DNA from: Octopus sinensis
Lineage: Eukaryota
Length of the DNA: 64,000 bases
Direction of reading: 5' to 3'
Assembly: GCF_006345805.1 (NCBI RefSeq)
Contig: NC_042999.1
Span: 163,308,001-163,372,000, forward strand
Shown here piece after piece: positions 46,000 through 59,289 of the stretch. A program made the translations under genes and the position numbers. The first letter of the stretch is position 1. The number at the start of each line of letters is the position of its first letter. Below the pieces are notes generated by a model. The model was not told the DNA's origin and made no database searches. It worked only from the letters and a program-made list of their open reading frames with translations.

Positions 46000-48900
46000 A
46001 TAAAATATGCAACGATAATAGGATCTTTTCTGTTTGGCTCACACTTTTCAATTCCAAGTCGGTGCGTGCCAAATTTGGCACAGACATTAATGATTTCTAG
46101 CCAAAGGAAAAATCGGTGGTGGAGGAAAAGAATACTTTTTAAACAATGCTCTGGAATGTGCTTCATGCTTTGACCACTAAACCACTGTAAATTAGTACCT
46201 CTGGCACCGTGGAATGCTTCCTGCATTTTCTCTCCTCTGCAGCAGCAACACGTGTTTACATTGATCCCACTTCCTATTGTCGCTACAAAAAAATGTGAGT
46301 AGTACCACATGTTTTGCCCATATTTTCTTGTTGCATTGGTTGAACTGACATTGCAATATTTGTATATAGTCACAATGTGCTATCTTTTGGCTATAGAATC
46401 ACTTCAAAGTTCATGTGCCTAATTTGGTACTATAGGAATAAGTGGAAAATACGAAATATGTTTATGTGCCGTATAATGTGTGAATGTGCTTTCTTTAACT
46501 TTATTATTGTGCATAGCATTTCATATTGCACCAAATTTTTGTTTCATGTCAGTTATGAGTTTCTTTTTTCAGTATGTCAACAAACGTCGCCATGACAAAC
46601 CTGTTGCATCGTTGGTGCAAATGAAAGTGACTTTGAAATGTCAGAGAGTTCTGGAGATGAACGGATGCCTGAGGATGTTGATGCCTCCAATGATGAAGAG
46701 ACAAGGTGTCAGAAAAATGGAAGAAAACTAAACCAGTGGAATAAGAGAGAATAGCTGCATCAACTTCCACAACCAGTGACAATGATAGGGACGATGACCA
46801 TCCCCTGGCCAGTATTTGTAAAGCTGTACTGCAAGACAATGTGCTTTTGGCAACCTTACTCAGTGCTGGCTCAGATGACAATGATGATGTGCCATTAGCT
46901 CGCTTCTTGGAGAATGGAGATGATCTGAACCCGTATATGGACAAAGATCTGACGTCCCTATTGTCCAGTCCAACATGGATGGACATTCCTTTCCAGGCAC
47001 TTGATACTGAATTCAAAGGCACCCTGGAAAGAGCGCCAGATGACAGGAGTTTGAAGACTCCATACCAATTCTTCAAAGAATTCATAACAGACAAAATGCT
47101 CGATGATGTGATAAAAACAAATATCTACAGCCATCAGAAAACTGGAACAATTATGAGAACAACAAAGAAGGAAATGGAGACTTTTATAGCACTTTGCCTC
47201 AGGATTGCTTTGTGTAGGCACATTGTCTTCACAGTTATTGGGAAAATGGTACCCAATATGAACTAGTCACTGACCACATAGGGCGAGATCATTTCCAGAA
47301 GCTTGCATCAATGATTCACTTTGTCGACAACTTGAAAGTAAATGAGCAGGACGTGGGATGACATCAGCAGCTGGGGTGCTGACCGGAACTTGGGGCTGAC
47401 TGGAAGACGAAGGGCACAGGAGTGACGCACATGCAGGTGGAGGAGCACTGGGCCTTTCCGATCAGGGTAGCTGACAGGGCTGGATGTGTGAGCGCTTCGA
47501 CAAAGTAAGGGAAAAGCAGCTGCTATTTTTAGCGTTCGGGTCAGGCCATGTGGAAGGGTGCATTACCAACAGAGAGGTCTGCGTCGACGAAGAGAAGGTA
47601 GGTGTCTTTACTTCAAATCTCTCGCATACACCACAAGCTATTTCGGCACTCCACATAAGACGTCACCACAATGGCAGTTAAAATCAGGATCGCCAGTGAC
47701 GTTATCAGACCCTTTAATGGTGAGGGTGATGTAGTGACCCGGATGCGTAAAATCAGGCTTGTGGCGAGATTGCAAGACATTAGCGACATGGCAAGGCTTA
47801 TGGTACTATATTTGAAAAGGAGCACATTGACTAGAGTACATCTCTAGATGGACGAAGAAGGACTGAGTGAGGAGAAGATTGAGCAACGTCTGAGAGAGGC
47901 TTACACAGAGTTCACACTTTGTTAAGCTGGGCATGATTAGATGGACAGGAGAGCAGGTGGATGAATATGCAGTGGAGGTGCGGAGACTAGCCATGTTGGC
48001 TGGGTTTACAGGAGAAGGACAGGATAGAGCAGCGCGACTGGCATTTGTAAGTGGGTTCCCTGATGATGTAGGGATTCGACTGCAATAATTGCCTGGGGAC
48101 AAAAAGGTGGCGCTGAGTGAACTTGTGACTCAAGCCCACATGTTGACGCAAAACACTGGATGGAAGGCAATAGCGATGGTGGTAATGGAGACACATAAAG
48201 ACGGATGAGAGCCGGAGAAAGATGCGAAGAAGCCTACTGTGCAGCTGTCCTCAGGCCGGTGTTTTAGATGTCATTGGTTGCACATGGTGAGGGAGTGTAT
48301 GTAACCGGGGCCTGTCTGCTATCGATGCAGGCAGACAGGGCACATCGACCATGATTGTGACCAGGGAAACGACTGTGGGGAAGTTGCTGTCTCTTGAACT
48401 TTCCCCGCAAACAAGTAGAGGTGCTTCTGGAGATGCTACCCTCAATTGATGTTGAGGCTGAAGAGAAGATGTTCGAGGCCCTGGTGGATACGGGTTGCAC
48501 GACCACCCTCATGACTTCAAGGGTGACGAAGAAATGGAATGGGGCAAGTAGCATCCAGGTGGTTGACAGCAGCAAAATCCGATGCAAAGGCAGCAACAAT
48601 GTTGAGATAGTGGTGCAAGGCACAACGCTAAGGCTGCAAGCAATTGTGGCTGAACATGTGATAGACGGGGTTGATGTGGTGATGGAGATGGAAGCCATCA
48701 ACCGTCTCGGTGGTGTCAGTATTGTAGGAGATGAGGTCACGTTCAGAAGCGTGGGGGTGTCATTCGCTGTGAGTTAGGATCACCAGAGAGAGCAGAGCCC
48801 TGCAAGGGACTGCGCTGCTTACATGATTGAGGACAAGGATTTTCAGGTGGTGTTCGATGGTCAGTGGTGGACGATACAATAGTGGCAATGGAAAGACGAG

Positions 48901-51900
48901 CCCCCGATGCTGAAAAACAGAGTGAGCTGCTACCAGCATACCCTGAAAGGTCACGCCAGGGTTGAATTTGAAGACGAGGTAGAGAGGTGGATCGAGGAAG
49001 GAGTCCTTGTCCCATGGAAGGAGGAGGTAGTGGGTGGAATGCTACCTCTGATGGTGGTGGTGCAGCCTATGAAGGGAAAAGTCAGACCAGTGCTGGACTT
49101 CAGGGAGCTAAACCAGCATATATCGTGCCACACGGGAGGCGAGGCTATGGACGTTTGTGGTGAGATTTTATGTGTGTGGAGACAGTCGACCAAGGCAGCG
49201 ACAATTGTCAACTTGAAATCGGCATACTTGCAGCTCCATGTGAGCGACAAACTGTGGCAATATCAGCTGGTGCAGTACAAGGGCCAGATGTACTGTTTAA
49301 CCAGGCTGGGTTTCAGATTGAATTCTGCTCTGAAGATCATGGCAGCGGTGCTTAAGTCTGTCCTAGGGAAAGAGGACAAGATAAGAAAGGCCACTAGTTC
49401 CTACATAGACAACACTTTGGTGGACGAAACTGTAGTGCCAGCCAACGAGGTAGTGAGACATCTGGAGAAGTTCGGACTGATTGTGAAGCCACCGGAGTCA
49501 ATGGAAGAGGGAGCTGCGCTGGGGCTGAAGCTGCAAAGAATAAATCGGGTGAGTTGGTGTTCCGGAGAGGGAATGAAATCCCAGAGCTAGGTTCCAGCGT
49601 CAGCAGCAGAGAGCTGTTCTCAGTGTGTGGGAAGTTGGTCAGTCACAACCCGATCGCTGGATGGATGTGCACAGCATGCAGTTACACCAAGAGACGAGCA
49701 GAGGGGGAGAGTTGGGGTGACAAGATAGGAGAAGGGATGGTGGTGATGATGCAGGAAATCCTAGAAAAGATGAGAGCGGAGACTTGGTCAGGGGGAGCTG
49801 GTATGTGCCCAAGACAGAATGCTGGACCGTTTGGTGTGATGCTAGCAGTATAGCAATAGGGGTTGTGCTGGAGATCGAAGGCGCTGAGGTGGAGGACGCG
49901 GCCTGGCTTCAGAAAGTAGATGACTTTAACCACATCAATGTCGCCAAATTAGACGTAGTGCTGAAAGGGGTGAACTTGGCCCTGAAATGGGGGGTGCACA
50001 CAATTGAAATCCGGACGGATTCAGCCACTATGCTTGGCTGGGTAGGATCGGTGATCACCGGTGAGAGGAGAGTTCAGACAAAAGGAGCCATGGAGATGTT
50101 GGTGAAGTGCCGTCTAGGAGTTCTAGGAGAATTGATTGCCGAGTTCGGACTGAAGCTGAACGTGGTTTTCATGCCTTCGGAGAGAAACAGGGCAGACACA
50201 CTAACCAGGGTGAAGAGGGCGTGGTTGGAGGAGCCGGAGGAGGCACAGAAAGGGATAGCTGCAGTGTGTCAGTTGGATGACTCCGAACTGAAGAGACTGC
50301 ACACTATGCATCACTTGGGTGTGGACAGGACCCTTTATCTTGCAAAGAAGATTGATGCTGACGTCACTAGGAGAAGCATCTGGAAAGTGCGTCGCTTGTT
50401 CAGAGAGTAGCGTATAGGCCAAGCGGTAACGGAATCATAGAGAGGCACCATCGGACAGTCAAAGCCATAGTGGAAAGAGGACACATTTTGCTGCTGGAAG
50501 CAGTTTTCTGGTACAACATGTCTCCCCGATCTGGACAAGCTGAAGAATCTGTGCCACACAGAGCGATATTTAAATACGAATCCAAGTAAAGCGCCGAAGA
50601 GAAGGGACCTGTCTATGTGAAAATAGGGGAGGAAGTCTGAGTTAAGCCACCGAAGGCACGCTGTATATCTCAATGGAGCAGAGGAACGGTGACGGCGGTC
50701 AATTCCAGAAACAACGTCTCCTTGGATGGAATTCTGCGACACGTCTTGGACCTTCGCAGGATTGTTGTTTCATCGGATGATGATTGTGGAGAGGGAGAGA
50801 ACGAGGTGCCTAGCCTGAGAAGATCTCGACGTGCAAGGCGCCCTCCCGGTTGGATGGTGGACTACAATGTGGTGTAGAGAGAATGTGAACTTTATGATCA
50901 GGGTTTCGTGAGAGATGACGTCAGTAGCAGGGGAGCTGACTGGAACTTGGGGTTGACCAGAAGAGGAAGAGTGCTGGAGCGACGTGTGCACAGGCAGGAG
51001 AGTATTGGGCCTTTTCGATCGGGGTAACTAACAGGGCTGGACGTGTGAGCGCTTTGACAAGGTAAGGGAAAAGCAGCTGCTATTTTTAGCATTAGGGTCA
51101 GGCCACATGGAAGGGTGCGTTATCACCGGAAAGGTCTGCGTTGACGAAGAGAAGGTAGGTATCTTTACTTCAAATCTCTTGCATACACCACACAGTACAA
51201 GGATGATGACAAGTTGTGTCCATGGCTGAAGGACTTTCAAGCCAATCTCAAAAAGATCCCTCCGAAAAAACACCATTCTGTTAACAAAATAATGGTTGCC
51301 TTCAAGGGGAGAGCAGCTCTAAAACAGTACATGCGAGGAAAACTTCACTCTTGGGGCTTCAAGCTCTGGGTTAGAGCAGGTGTATCAAGCATCCTGTATA
51401 ACTTTGATATCTATGAAGGTTCAGATGACGGAAAGCACAGAGCTCCATCTACACAGGGACTTAATGGAAATGTGATCCTCCAAATGGTCAAGGAACTTGA
51501 GAGTAGGAAGAATTCTAAGATCTTTGCAGACAATTTTTTCTTTAATCTCTCTCTTCTCAAAGCTCTGAGAGCCAGGTCCATGTTTTTTGTTGGCACATTT
51601 CAGGCAATCAGGCTGAAAGGATGTCAACTGAAATCAGAGAAAGGTCTGAAGAAACTCAGGCATGGCTCTTCAGACATGAAAGCGGAGTTGGAATCGAACA
51701 TCATTCAACAACAGATGTGTTGATACTCTGTCCTCATATATTGGAATTAAACCAGTAGACTAGGCTGAGAGATACAACAAAAAAAAAATTCAAATCTCCT
51801 TCGTTTGTGTTTTTTTTAATCTTTTTTTTGTTTTATTGATTTATCTTATTTATTTATTTATTTATTTTGAGAAACGGATATTTTTGGTTGCTGCCCTGTA

Positions 51901-52602
51901 AACTACCTCCTTTTCATAATTTTGAACAGTGTATTTTCCTGAACTTTTTCAACTTAAATAGAAGTATGATCACAGTTAATTCGTTTAAACTTTCGAATAT
52001 GATAGAGAAACTGAAAACACCTATCTCTCGACCAGCTATTGTACAAGAATATAATAAATTCATGGGGTGGGGAGTGGATCTCCTTGACAGTATTGTACAA
52101 GTACAACATGAGGTCCTGTCGTTGGTATATGTGCATCTTTTACCACACATTGACCTTGACTGTTGTCAACAGCTGGTGTTGGATTTACAACCAATGAAAC
52201 TCAGTGTTTTCCAAGGGATGATTGCTGAAGCACTGCTATCCATCAAGAAAGTCAGACACCCTTAATTCATGCACTGTGACACCACTCCTGGCAAAAATCA
52301 TCTGTAGTAAAGCCCCGTGTTTTCAAGTAACATCAGCAAATCAACTCAGTTTGACTAATATTGTATTAAATAGTTTGTAAATAACAGTTTTGTTGTTTAA
52401 TTGTGCTAGATGAAATTGGAACTCTTTGAAATGTTTACTGAGATGCAAAGACCTATGTGCCAAATTTGGACCATATCATATTTCACAACCTACTAATGAT
52501 TTTGAAGGGAATCACCTTTTTGTTTTTTTAATCCATTTAAATATCAAATTTACACTGAAAATAATTTTTGTGTTACTGGATGTATGAGCAGGTTCTAGAG
52601 GG
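46000..52602 (+). mobile_element. piggyBac (PGBD-like) transposon, interrupted by a Gypsy element and a 224-bp insert
   Basis: TPYQFFKEFITD..HFVDN before 47351; after 51193 SVNKIMVAFKGR..KQYMRGK.HSWGFKLW..IFADNFF and QEYNKFMG.VDLLD. Right terminus AGGG|TTAA at 52602. Left TIR not found, so the start is approximate. Confidence 0.85.
47352..51192 (+). mobile_element. Ty3/Gypsy LTR retrotransposon, degenerate, integrase core deleted
   Basis: LTRs 47352-47635 and 50868-51192 (TGTGG..CACCACA), 5-bp TSD CAGGA/CAGTA. Gag with CFRC knuckle, protease LVDTGC, RT (RPVLDFRELN..YIDN), RNase H WCDAS, integrase HHLG..GNGIIERHH. Confidence 0.93.
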
Positions 52603-52612
52603 TTAAATTTTG

Positions 52613-53183
52613 GGATCTTTACCGTTTGACGTACAGATTTAAAAAATAATTTTTTGTAACTAAACACTTTCAAACTTCGGACGCTGGTAGAATGTGTCAT
52701 ATAAAACATGTTTTACTCTTGGCATTTTTGAGAAAAACTTATATTTACAAAGTAATTTCACATTAAAGTAGGCCTATTTCGGTAATTTCAACCAATCAAT
52801 GACGTGTATTCAGCTGAATAAAATTACTGCCGTTGTTTGTCAACAAGAACTTCCGGCGGTGTATTTTTTGTTTGTCACTGTTATTTATGACAACCCTAAC
52901 CCTAAAGCTAAAACCGGTACAAACGCACGAACGATGTCATAAATAACAGCGACAAATGAAATATACACCGCCGATACTTGTTGTTAACAAACAACGGCAG
53001 TAATTTTATTCAGCTGAATACACGTCATTGATTGGTTGAAATTACCGAAATAGACCTACTAAAGTAGTGAAATTACTTCGCAAAAATATAAGTTATTCTC
53101 AAATTCTACCAGTGTCCGAAATTTGAAAGTGTTTAGTTACAAAAAATTATTTTTTAAATCTGTACGTCAAACGGTAAAGATCC
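52613..53183. mobile_element. Foldback MITE (571 bp), possibly Merlin-like
   Basis: About 260-bp inverted arms starting GGATCTTTACCGTTTGACG; 8-bp TSD AAATTTTG; centre contains AACCCTAACCCTAA. Confidence 0.85.
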
Positions 53184-53916
53184 AAATTTTGTTCAACTAA
53201 TTTAAAATTTGGTGTATTGATGTAGTTTCAGATGGTAATTATGGAAATGAAATTCAGTTTTGCCATTGCAAATTTTGGGTAATTTTAACCAATGAAAAGC
53301 CAGACATATTGATGCCAGTTTCCATAGTAACAAACCAAGTCTCCTTCGTTTGTGTTTTTTTTAATCTTTTTTTTGTTTTATTGATTTATCTTATTTATTT
53401 ATTTATTTATTTATTTAGAGAAACGGATATTTTTGGTTGCTGCCCTGTAAACTACCTCCTTTTCATAATTTTGAACAGTGTATTTTCCTGAACTTTTTCA
53501 ACTTAAATAGAAGTACGATCACAGTTAATTCGTTTAAACTTTCGAATATGATAGAGAAACTGAAAACCGAGGAGAATAGTGAACTAGAACGTTGAGTTCC
53601 TTAACTCGAAAGATGGTACCACACTCAATAATACATTCGCCTCTGTAAAACGAAGGAATATAAACGAGCTGTGGAACCCACAGTTCTATAGTTGACTCGT
53701 ATTTGGAGATACGAAAATAGTCATTAGTTTGATAAACTTCTAGACTCTATTGTAAACTTTCGTTTATGATTCGCTACAAAAAATGTATTCATTGAGGATT
53801 TTTCAGTTTTTATATTGTTTACATGTCTGGTCCAACATTTCACTTGACTAATTATTAAAACTTATCAAAACTTCCATCATTGAAAGGTATGTCATTGTAT
53901 TGTCATTACCGACAAA

Positions 53917-54290
53917 GTGGAGGCGCAATAGCCCAGTGGTTAGGGCAGCGGACTCGCGGTTTCGATTCCCAGACCGGGCGTTGTGAGTGTTGAGCAAAAA
54001 CACCTAAAGCTCCACGAGGCTCCGGCAGGGGATGGTGGTAATCCTTGCTGTACTCTTTCACCACAACTTTCTCTCACTCTCACTCTTCCTGTTTCTGTTG
54101 TACCTGTATTTCAAAGGGCCGGCCTTGTCACTCTCTGTGTCACGCTGAATATGCCCGAGAACTGCGTTAAGGGTACACGTGTCTGTGGAGTGCTCAGCCA
54201 CTTACACCTTAATTTCACGAGCCGGCTGTTCCGTTGATCGGATCAACCGGAACCCTAGTCGTCGTAATCGACGGAGTGCTTCCACTCCAC
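53917..54290 (+). mobile_element. SINE family B
   Basis: Same as 32046 with a small 5' deletion; TSD-like GACAAAGTG. Confidence 0.9.
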
Positions 54291-54433
54291 GGACAAAGTG
54301 CTAGCTTCCAAATCCTGTTTTTTGATTGGGTAAAAATAATCACACTTTAACCCTTGAATATATTTTTCTAAAATTTTTCTGAAACGATCAATAACAACCC
54401 CAGATTATATACTTAGATAGCCATATTCTGATG

Positions 54434-54635
54434 CAGTGCTTTTCAAACTTTTTGCTGGAGCGGAACCCCAAGGAAACATTCCACTGGCTCGAGGAACCCC
54501 TGTGCAATAATTCAATAGTCTTATGCACACATATCTGCACAGGAGAATTAAAAATTACTGCCGATTTTAACAGTTTTGTAAATTTTTGCGGAACCCCTGG
54601 GCTGTGCTGGCGGAAACCCTAGTTGAAAACCACTG
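54434..54635. mobile_element. hAT (Charlie-like) MITE, 202 bp
   Basis: TIRs CAGTG.TTTTCAA; perfect 8-bp TSD TTCTGATG. Confidence 0.92.
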
Positions 54636-54830
54636 TTCTGATGACAGTTAACAATTTTTGAATTATATTATTAGAATGTTTTTTAATGAGACAATTTAAT
54701 AAAGGCCATAAAAATTATTAGCTCTCCTTCAGAGACGGGATCCCAAAACTTGAACTAAAGATCGTTGTTTTATGTATTTGTTCGGCAATTTCCGCATAAA
54801 ATTTTTCACACACGAACCTATACATGAATA

Positions 54831-55323
54831 CCGTAAATCCTCGAGTATAGTCCGCCCTTGAGTATAATACGCAGGGAATTTTTAGGGGGCTGTACCTCTG
54901 AAAAACCTAAGCCTTGTGTATATATAATACGCACCCCTTCTCTAACTTGAGTCAAGGAGGTCTGTATAACGTCCTTGGCTTGTAAAAATGTATACGGTAA
55001 CGTCCTTTATTATTATTGTACAAATAACGTGATGCAAACGTGTAGCTTTTTTGTGCATTTTGTTTGTAGAAAATAAAGAAATAACAGCAATAACGTTTAA
55101 TAAATGTTGCCTAAAGCAAGTTATGGATGATTCTTTTATGACTTCATTGCTTTCAGGCTTTATTTTCACGCCCGACATCACAAAATGCGTCTGAATAAAC
55201 ATTGCCGGACAGCAAATAGGGACTCGGACATTGCTTAGAAAATATTTTTCATTTTTAACCTCATATATAGTTTTGACCTTTAAATTTTGGGTAAAAATGC
55301 GGATTATACTCGAGGATTTGCGG
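54831..55323. mobile_element. Tc2/pogo-like MITE, 493 bp
   Basis: TIRs CCGTAAATCCTCGAGTATA.TCCGC; TA TSD. Confidence 0.88.
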
Positions 55324-55811
55324 TACACAAATACACATGCATGCACATAAACACATCGTTACTTACACATATATTCATACATACATACATGAAAAATTTA
55401 TAAACAAGTGATTCATGAAAAAAAGATAGTGTGGTGTGTGTGTGTGCGCGCGCAAGCCCTTGTGTATCATTGCAAGTAAGAGAAAAAAAAAGAATTTTTA
55501 AGGAAATCAGTTTTGTGATACCATCTCCGAAGGATATCCAAATTATTAATGAAGGTTATCTAAGATCTCATTCAAAACATTTTTTTAAATGTGAACTAAC
55601 AAGGATTCCTCTACCATAAATATTTATGTACCTCTATCTATTGTTTTCGTGTTCCCTTACGTCCAGCATTTCTATTATCGATAATGTAATACATTAAGAA
55701 ATAATTTTGGCCGCAATATTTTTAACGAACATATTTCAAAGATACAAAAGTAAGTTAACAAGCGAAAAGATCGCTAAGCTAAAATTATCGGTGACAAGTG
55801 AAATAGGATAC

Positions 55812-55851
55812 CTGGTGGGTAGTATCGTACTAGGAACCTTTTCAGCTTCAT
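55812..55851 (-). CDS. DAW1: DAW1 coding exon 1 (MKLKRFLVRYYPP-G)
   Basis: ATG at 55851, 40 nt, donor GTATCC. Matches the recalled DAW1 N-terminus MKLKSLLLRYYPPG. Confidence 0.95.
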
Positions 55852-55953
55852 TTTTGTCTCAGACACAAAGCAGATACAAAACAAACTTTAAAAGAATTTT
55901 AACTTCGTTTTCACAGAAATATTGTCAAGTGGCAACTTGCTTTGTTGGTACCA

Positions 55954-55967
55954 GTTGCCATGGCTAC
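55954..55967. promoter_or_regulatory. RFX X-box in the DAW1 promoter region
   Basis: GTTGCCATGGCTAC, 13/14 to the palindromic GTTGCCATGGCAAC, 103 bp upstream of the ATG. A half site GGCAAC lies at 55931-55936. Confidence 0.75.
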
Positions 55968-56269
55968 TCACGGGAGGCAACTCTGAAAAACATTATACTC
56001 CTATACAAACGATAAAAAGTCTTTAAACACAATTGTACTAATTCCTTTCTTTCAACTTTCAAAGTATACCCGATCCGTCAATAACGACGATGGGTGTTTT
56101 ACTAAACTTTGGCTTACATGTATGAATTTTAGACTTTTTCAGTTAAAAGATGTACATGGCGAAAGTTGCTAGTGAGGATATAAATACAAGGATGTCAATA
56201 AAAATGCCGAAATAACAGGAAATTAAGGAAATTATAATTATCACTTCTGAACTATTATACTGGTTTGAT

Positions 56270-56655
56270 TACTCTTTTACTTCAATCATTTGACCGCGGC
56301 CGTGCTGGAGCACCGCCTTTAGTCGAGCAAATCGACCCCGGGACTTATTCTTTGTAAGCCCAGTACTTATTCTATCAATCTCTTTTGCCGAACCGCTAAG
56401 TGACGGGGACGTAAACACACCAGCATCGGTTGTCAAGCAATGCTAGGGGGGGCAAACATAGATACAGACACACATACATACATATATATATATACGACAG
56501 GCTTCTTTCAGTTTCCGTCTACCAAATCCACTCACAAGGCATTGGTCGGCCCGGGGCTATAGCAGAAGACACTTGCCCATGATGCCACGCAGTGGGACTG
56601 AACCCGGAACCATGTGGTTGTTTAGCAAGCTACTTACCACACAGCCACTCCTGCA
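56270..56655 (-). mobile_element. SINE family A
   Basis: Near-identical inverted copy of 44590-45005. Confidence 0.92.
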
Positions 56656-56947
56656 CCTATGATTGTTTATAATATGTACAAAATGTAGTCAACAAATCAC
56701 TCATTATTCAAGATTATGTTATTTTCTATGAAAAATGTTCTACCTAATTTCAAAAATGTTCATATATTCAGATCTACTAAAATATATGCATATTTACACA
56801 GCGATCTTTCGGAGTTAGTAACAAGACTGACACGGCGACATATGGTAAACGATCTTACAAACAGGTTACATACATTTTCTAAAGGTTTTCAAGAGAGAGC
56901 CGGTTTAGTTTATGCAAAGATTTCACATTTAAAACATATCTGACATT

Positions 56948-58415
56948 CACTGAACCACAAAAGAAACGCGAGATGTGTGTGACTGAAATATGTTTTAATT
57001 TCATTGTCAGAGATAAATTTCGATAAATCTGATAAAGTGAATTTCTTGGAGGCACTTTAGCCATAGTCTATGGGTTGTTGTCATGTGTTCTGGTAGTGGA
57101 CGGATCTAGCACATCGAGATTGTAGGGCGTGACATGTTCAATACCGTGTATACCCTCCCTGGGTGTTCAAAATGGCCATACACCATCAGTACATGGAGTG
57201 CACGACGCGGTTCACAAGACCCATTGGCACCTGTGCCCACACCCTGAGGAAAGCTCCCTTCAGTTCCACATGAGTTGTTGGCCTTAGGACCACCTGGTTC
57301 AGCCATCTCTGGATTTCATCTCGCAGGTGTTCAATTGGGTTCAAATCTGGGCTGAGAGCATGGTTCTAATGTTATACTGACACGGGTAGTCCATGGTGAC
57401 GCTGGCTGTGTGGAAGGGAGTATTGACCTGCTAGAACACATAGCTACGGTGCTGCGCGAAGAAGGGCATGATGTGAGGTCTTAGAATCTAGTCAATGTAG
57501 CACTGTGCTGTGATGCCATTCCCTCTGCATGCACCAACATTTTGAAACACATGGGACCCAATTCTCTGATTCAGGTCTATAGCACCCCAAACCATGATGC
57601 TTTGGTCACCCCACATGTCTCTCTCCAAGACATATGCCTCTCTGTAGTGTTCACCCTGACTCTCATCAGAGAAGACTATCAACCTCCATTGTTGATGCCA
57701 TTAATGTCAGTGCTATGTAGCCGACTGTAGTCGTGCCTGATGGTGGCAAGTGGTGAGGACAAGACCTTGAGCAGGCCGACAGTAACACAGGTTGTTGGCA
57801 GCCAGTCAATGTTGTACTGTGTCGCCACTGTCCAGTGCTAATGATCTCGTGAGCTGTCATACTGGTCAGTCTGAAGCAATCACGGAGGTGTTGCAGGTGG
57901 ATGAAGCAGTCCTGCTTGGGCGTGGTTACCTAGGGACGCCTTCTGCGGGCATCGTTTACAGTGCTGTTGGTGTTGTTGTATTGCTGTTGCAGGCGATAGA
58001 TGGTTCTGACATGGACATTGTAAACTTTTGCAACAACCAAGGCATGCTGTCCTGCTTGCAATCAGCTGATAGCTTGTTCTCTCCGTGCTGCTGACAATTC
58101 GGTCATACAGGATGCTTCCAAAATATGAATGCCAGGAACACAGTTCAAGTTGATTTTTATACCCATAACTTCCATGAGATGCATGTGCATTTTGGTTTTC
58201 ATGACAATTGTTTGCAACTGCCACCCACAGCATTCAGTGCAGCTGCGTTTTGGCATCTCATTTCAGGGAAAGTTGAAAGGTTACCTGTAGTTTGGGTCTC
58301 AGTCATAAACCACTATGTCTTGGAATATTTACACTTACATCCCCGAAATGAATTTTCAGAATTTACCATAAAAAAATGACATTTGAAAAAATTGCATTTC
58401 TTTTACAGTTCACTG
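56948..58415 (-). mobile_element. Degenerate full-length Tc1 (DD34E-type) element
   Basis: TIR CA.TGAAC...AAAAGAAA.GC, right TA flank; paired-like N-terminus, IVFSDES, IMVWGAI; many stops. Confidence 0.85.
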
Positions 58416-58444
58416 TATTCTGTGCAAAAGCTACAAATGTTCAT

Positions 58445-58640
58445 AATCATCATCATCATTATCATCGTTTAACGTCCGTTCTCCATGCTAGCATGGGTTG
58501 GACGGTTCAACAGGGGATCTGGGAAGCCAGAAGGCTGCACCAGGCTCCACTCTTATCTGGCAATGTTTCTACAGCTGGATGCCCTTCCTAACGCCAACCA
58601 CTCCGTGAGTGTAGTGGGTGCTTTTTACGTGCCACCTGCA
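58445..58640 (-). mobile_element. RTE 3' end fragment
   Basis: (CAT)nCGTTTAACGTCCG..CCATGCTAGCATGGG, near-identical to 29660-29848 inverted. Confidence 0.88.
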
Positions 58641-58659
58641 CAGTCATTATTCACATTAT

Positions 58660-59230
58660 TCACATCCACTGTAAAATTCCTGAAGAACAATATTTCTTGG
58701 ATAGACAAGATCACACCTTGGCTTTCTGAATTTTCAGTTTGAAATTTCTAGTTATTTCTGGTCTTATTAAGTTGATATGATCCAGCAGTACTTGGACATT
58801 TTCCTCTTAGGGCTAGAGTATGAAGGTATCATCAACATATTAGTTCGCAGCAGCAACTGTTTTTTGAAACCTCATATTGTCGTTAATTGCTTGAAATTTG
58901 GAGGAGATGAACAGCTGACAACTGATGAGGGATCGTTCTTTATGTTACATGTCTTGTTTTCCATTTGTTTCTCTCATTGTTTGCATACTCAACATTATTT
59001 TCGTATTTCATGTTGTTTACGTTTTGTGATATCCTCTACCCATATATGCATATATATCTATACATATAAATTTGGCATGGGCGATTCTATCTTGTCTTGG
59101 GATTCACAGTCAAACAGCTGGGTGGAATTGCGTGAAAAATTACACAGATGTGTAGAATGATCCAGTGGTGTTGCTGGACTTTGTATTTTTTCAAAGCTCC
59201 CATGGTTACTGAGATAATCTACTATAATGA
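58660..59230 (-). mobile_element. Penelope-like RT relic
   Basis: Minus-strand YVDDTFIL (about 58838-58817) followed by EENVQVLLDHIN; otherwise degraded. Confidence 0.55.
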
Positions 59231-59289
59231 TACTCTTGTGTTTATGAATGAGAAAGGAAGGGATGACAGATGAATGAGGAAGGAAGAAA

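Noticed and set aside
53595-53625. GAGTT-CCTT-AACTC-GAAA hairpin resembling a hammerhead 3' half
   Set aside because: No CTGANGA upstream.
56080-56125. Possible first exon of a divergent plus-strand gene (ATGGGTGTTTTA..CAT|gtatga)
   Set aside because: No downstream exons or homology found; everything to the right is TE-derived.
58921-58945. CTGATGAGGGA hammerhead half-site
   Set aside because: No matching stem II partner or GAAA downstream.
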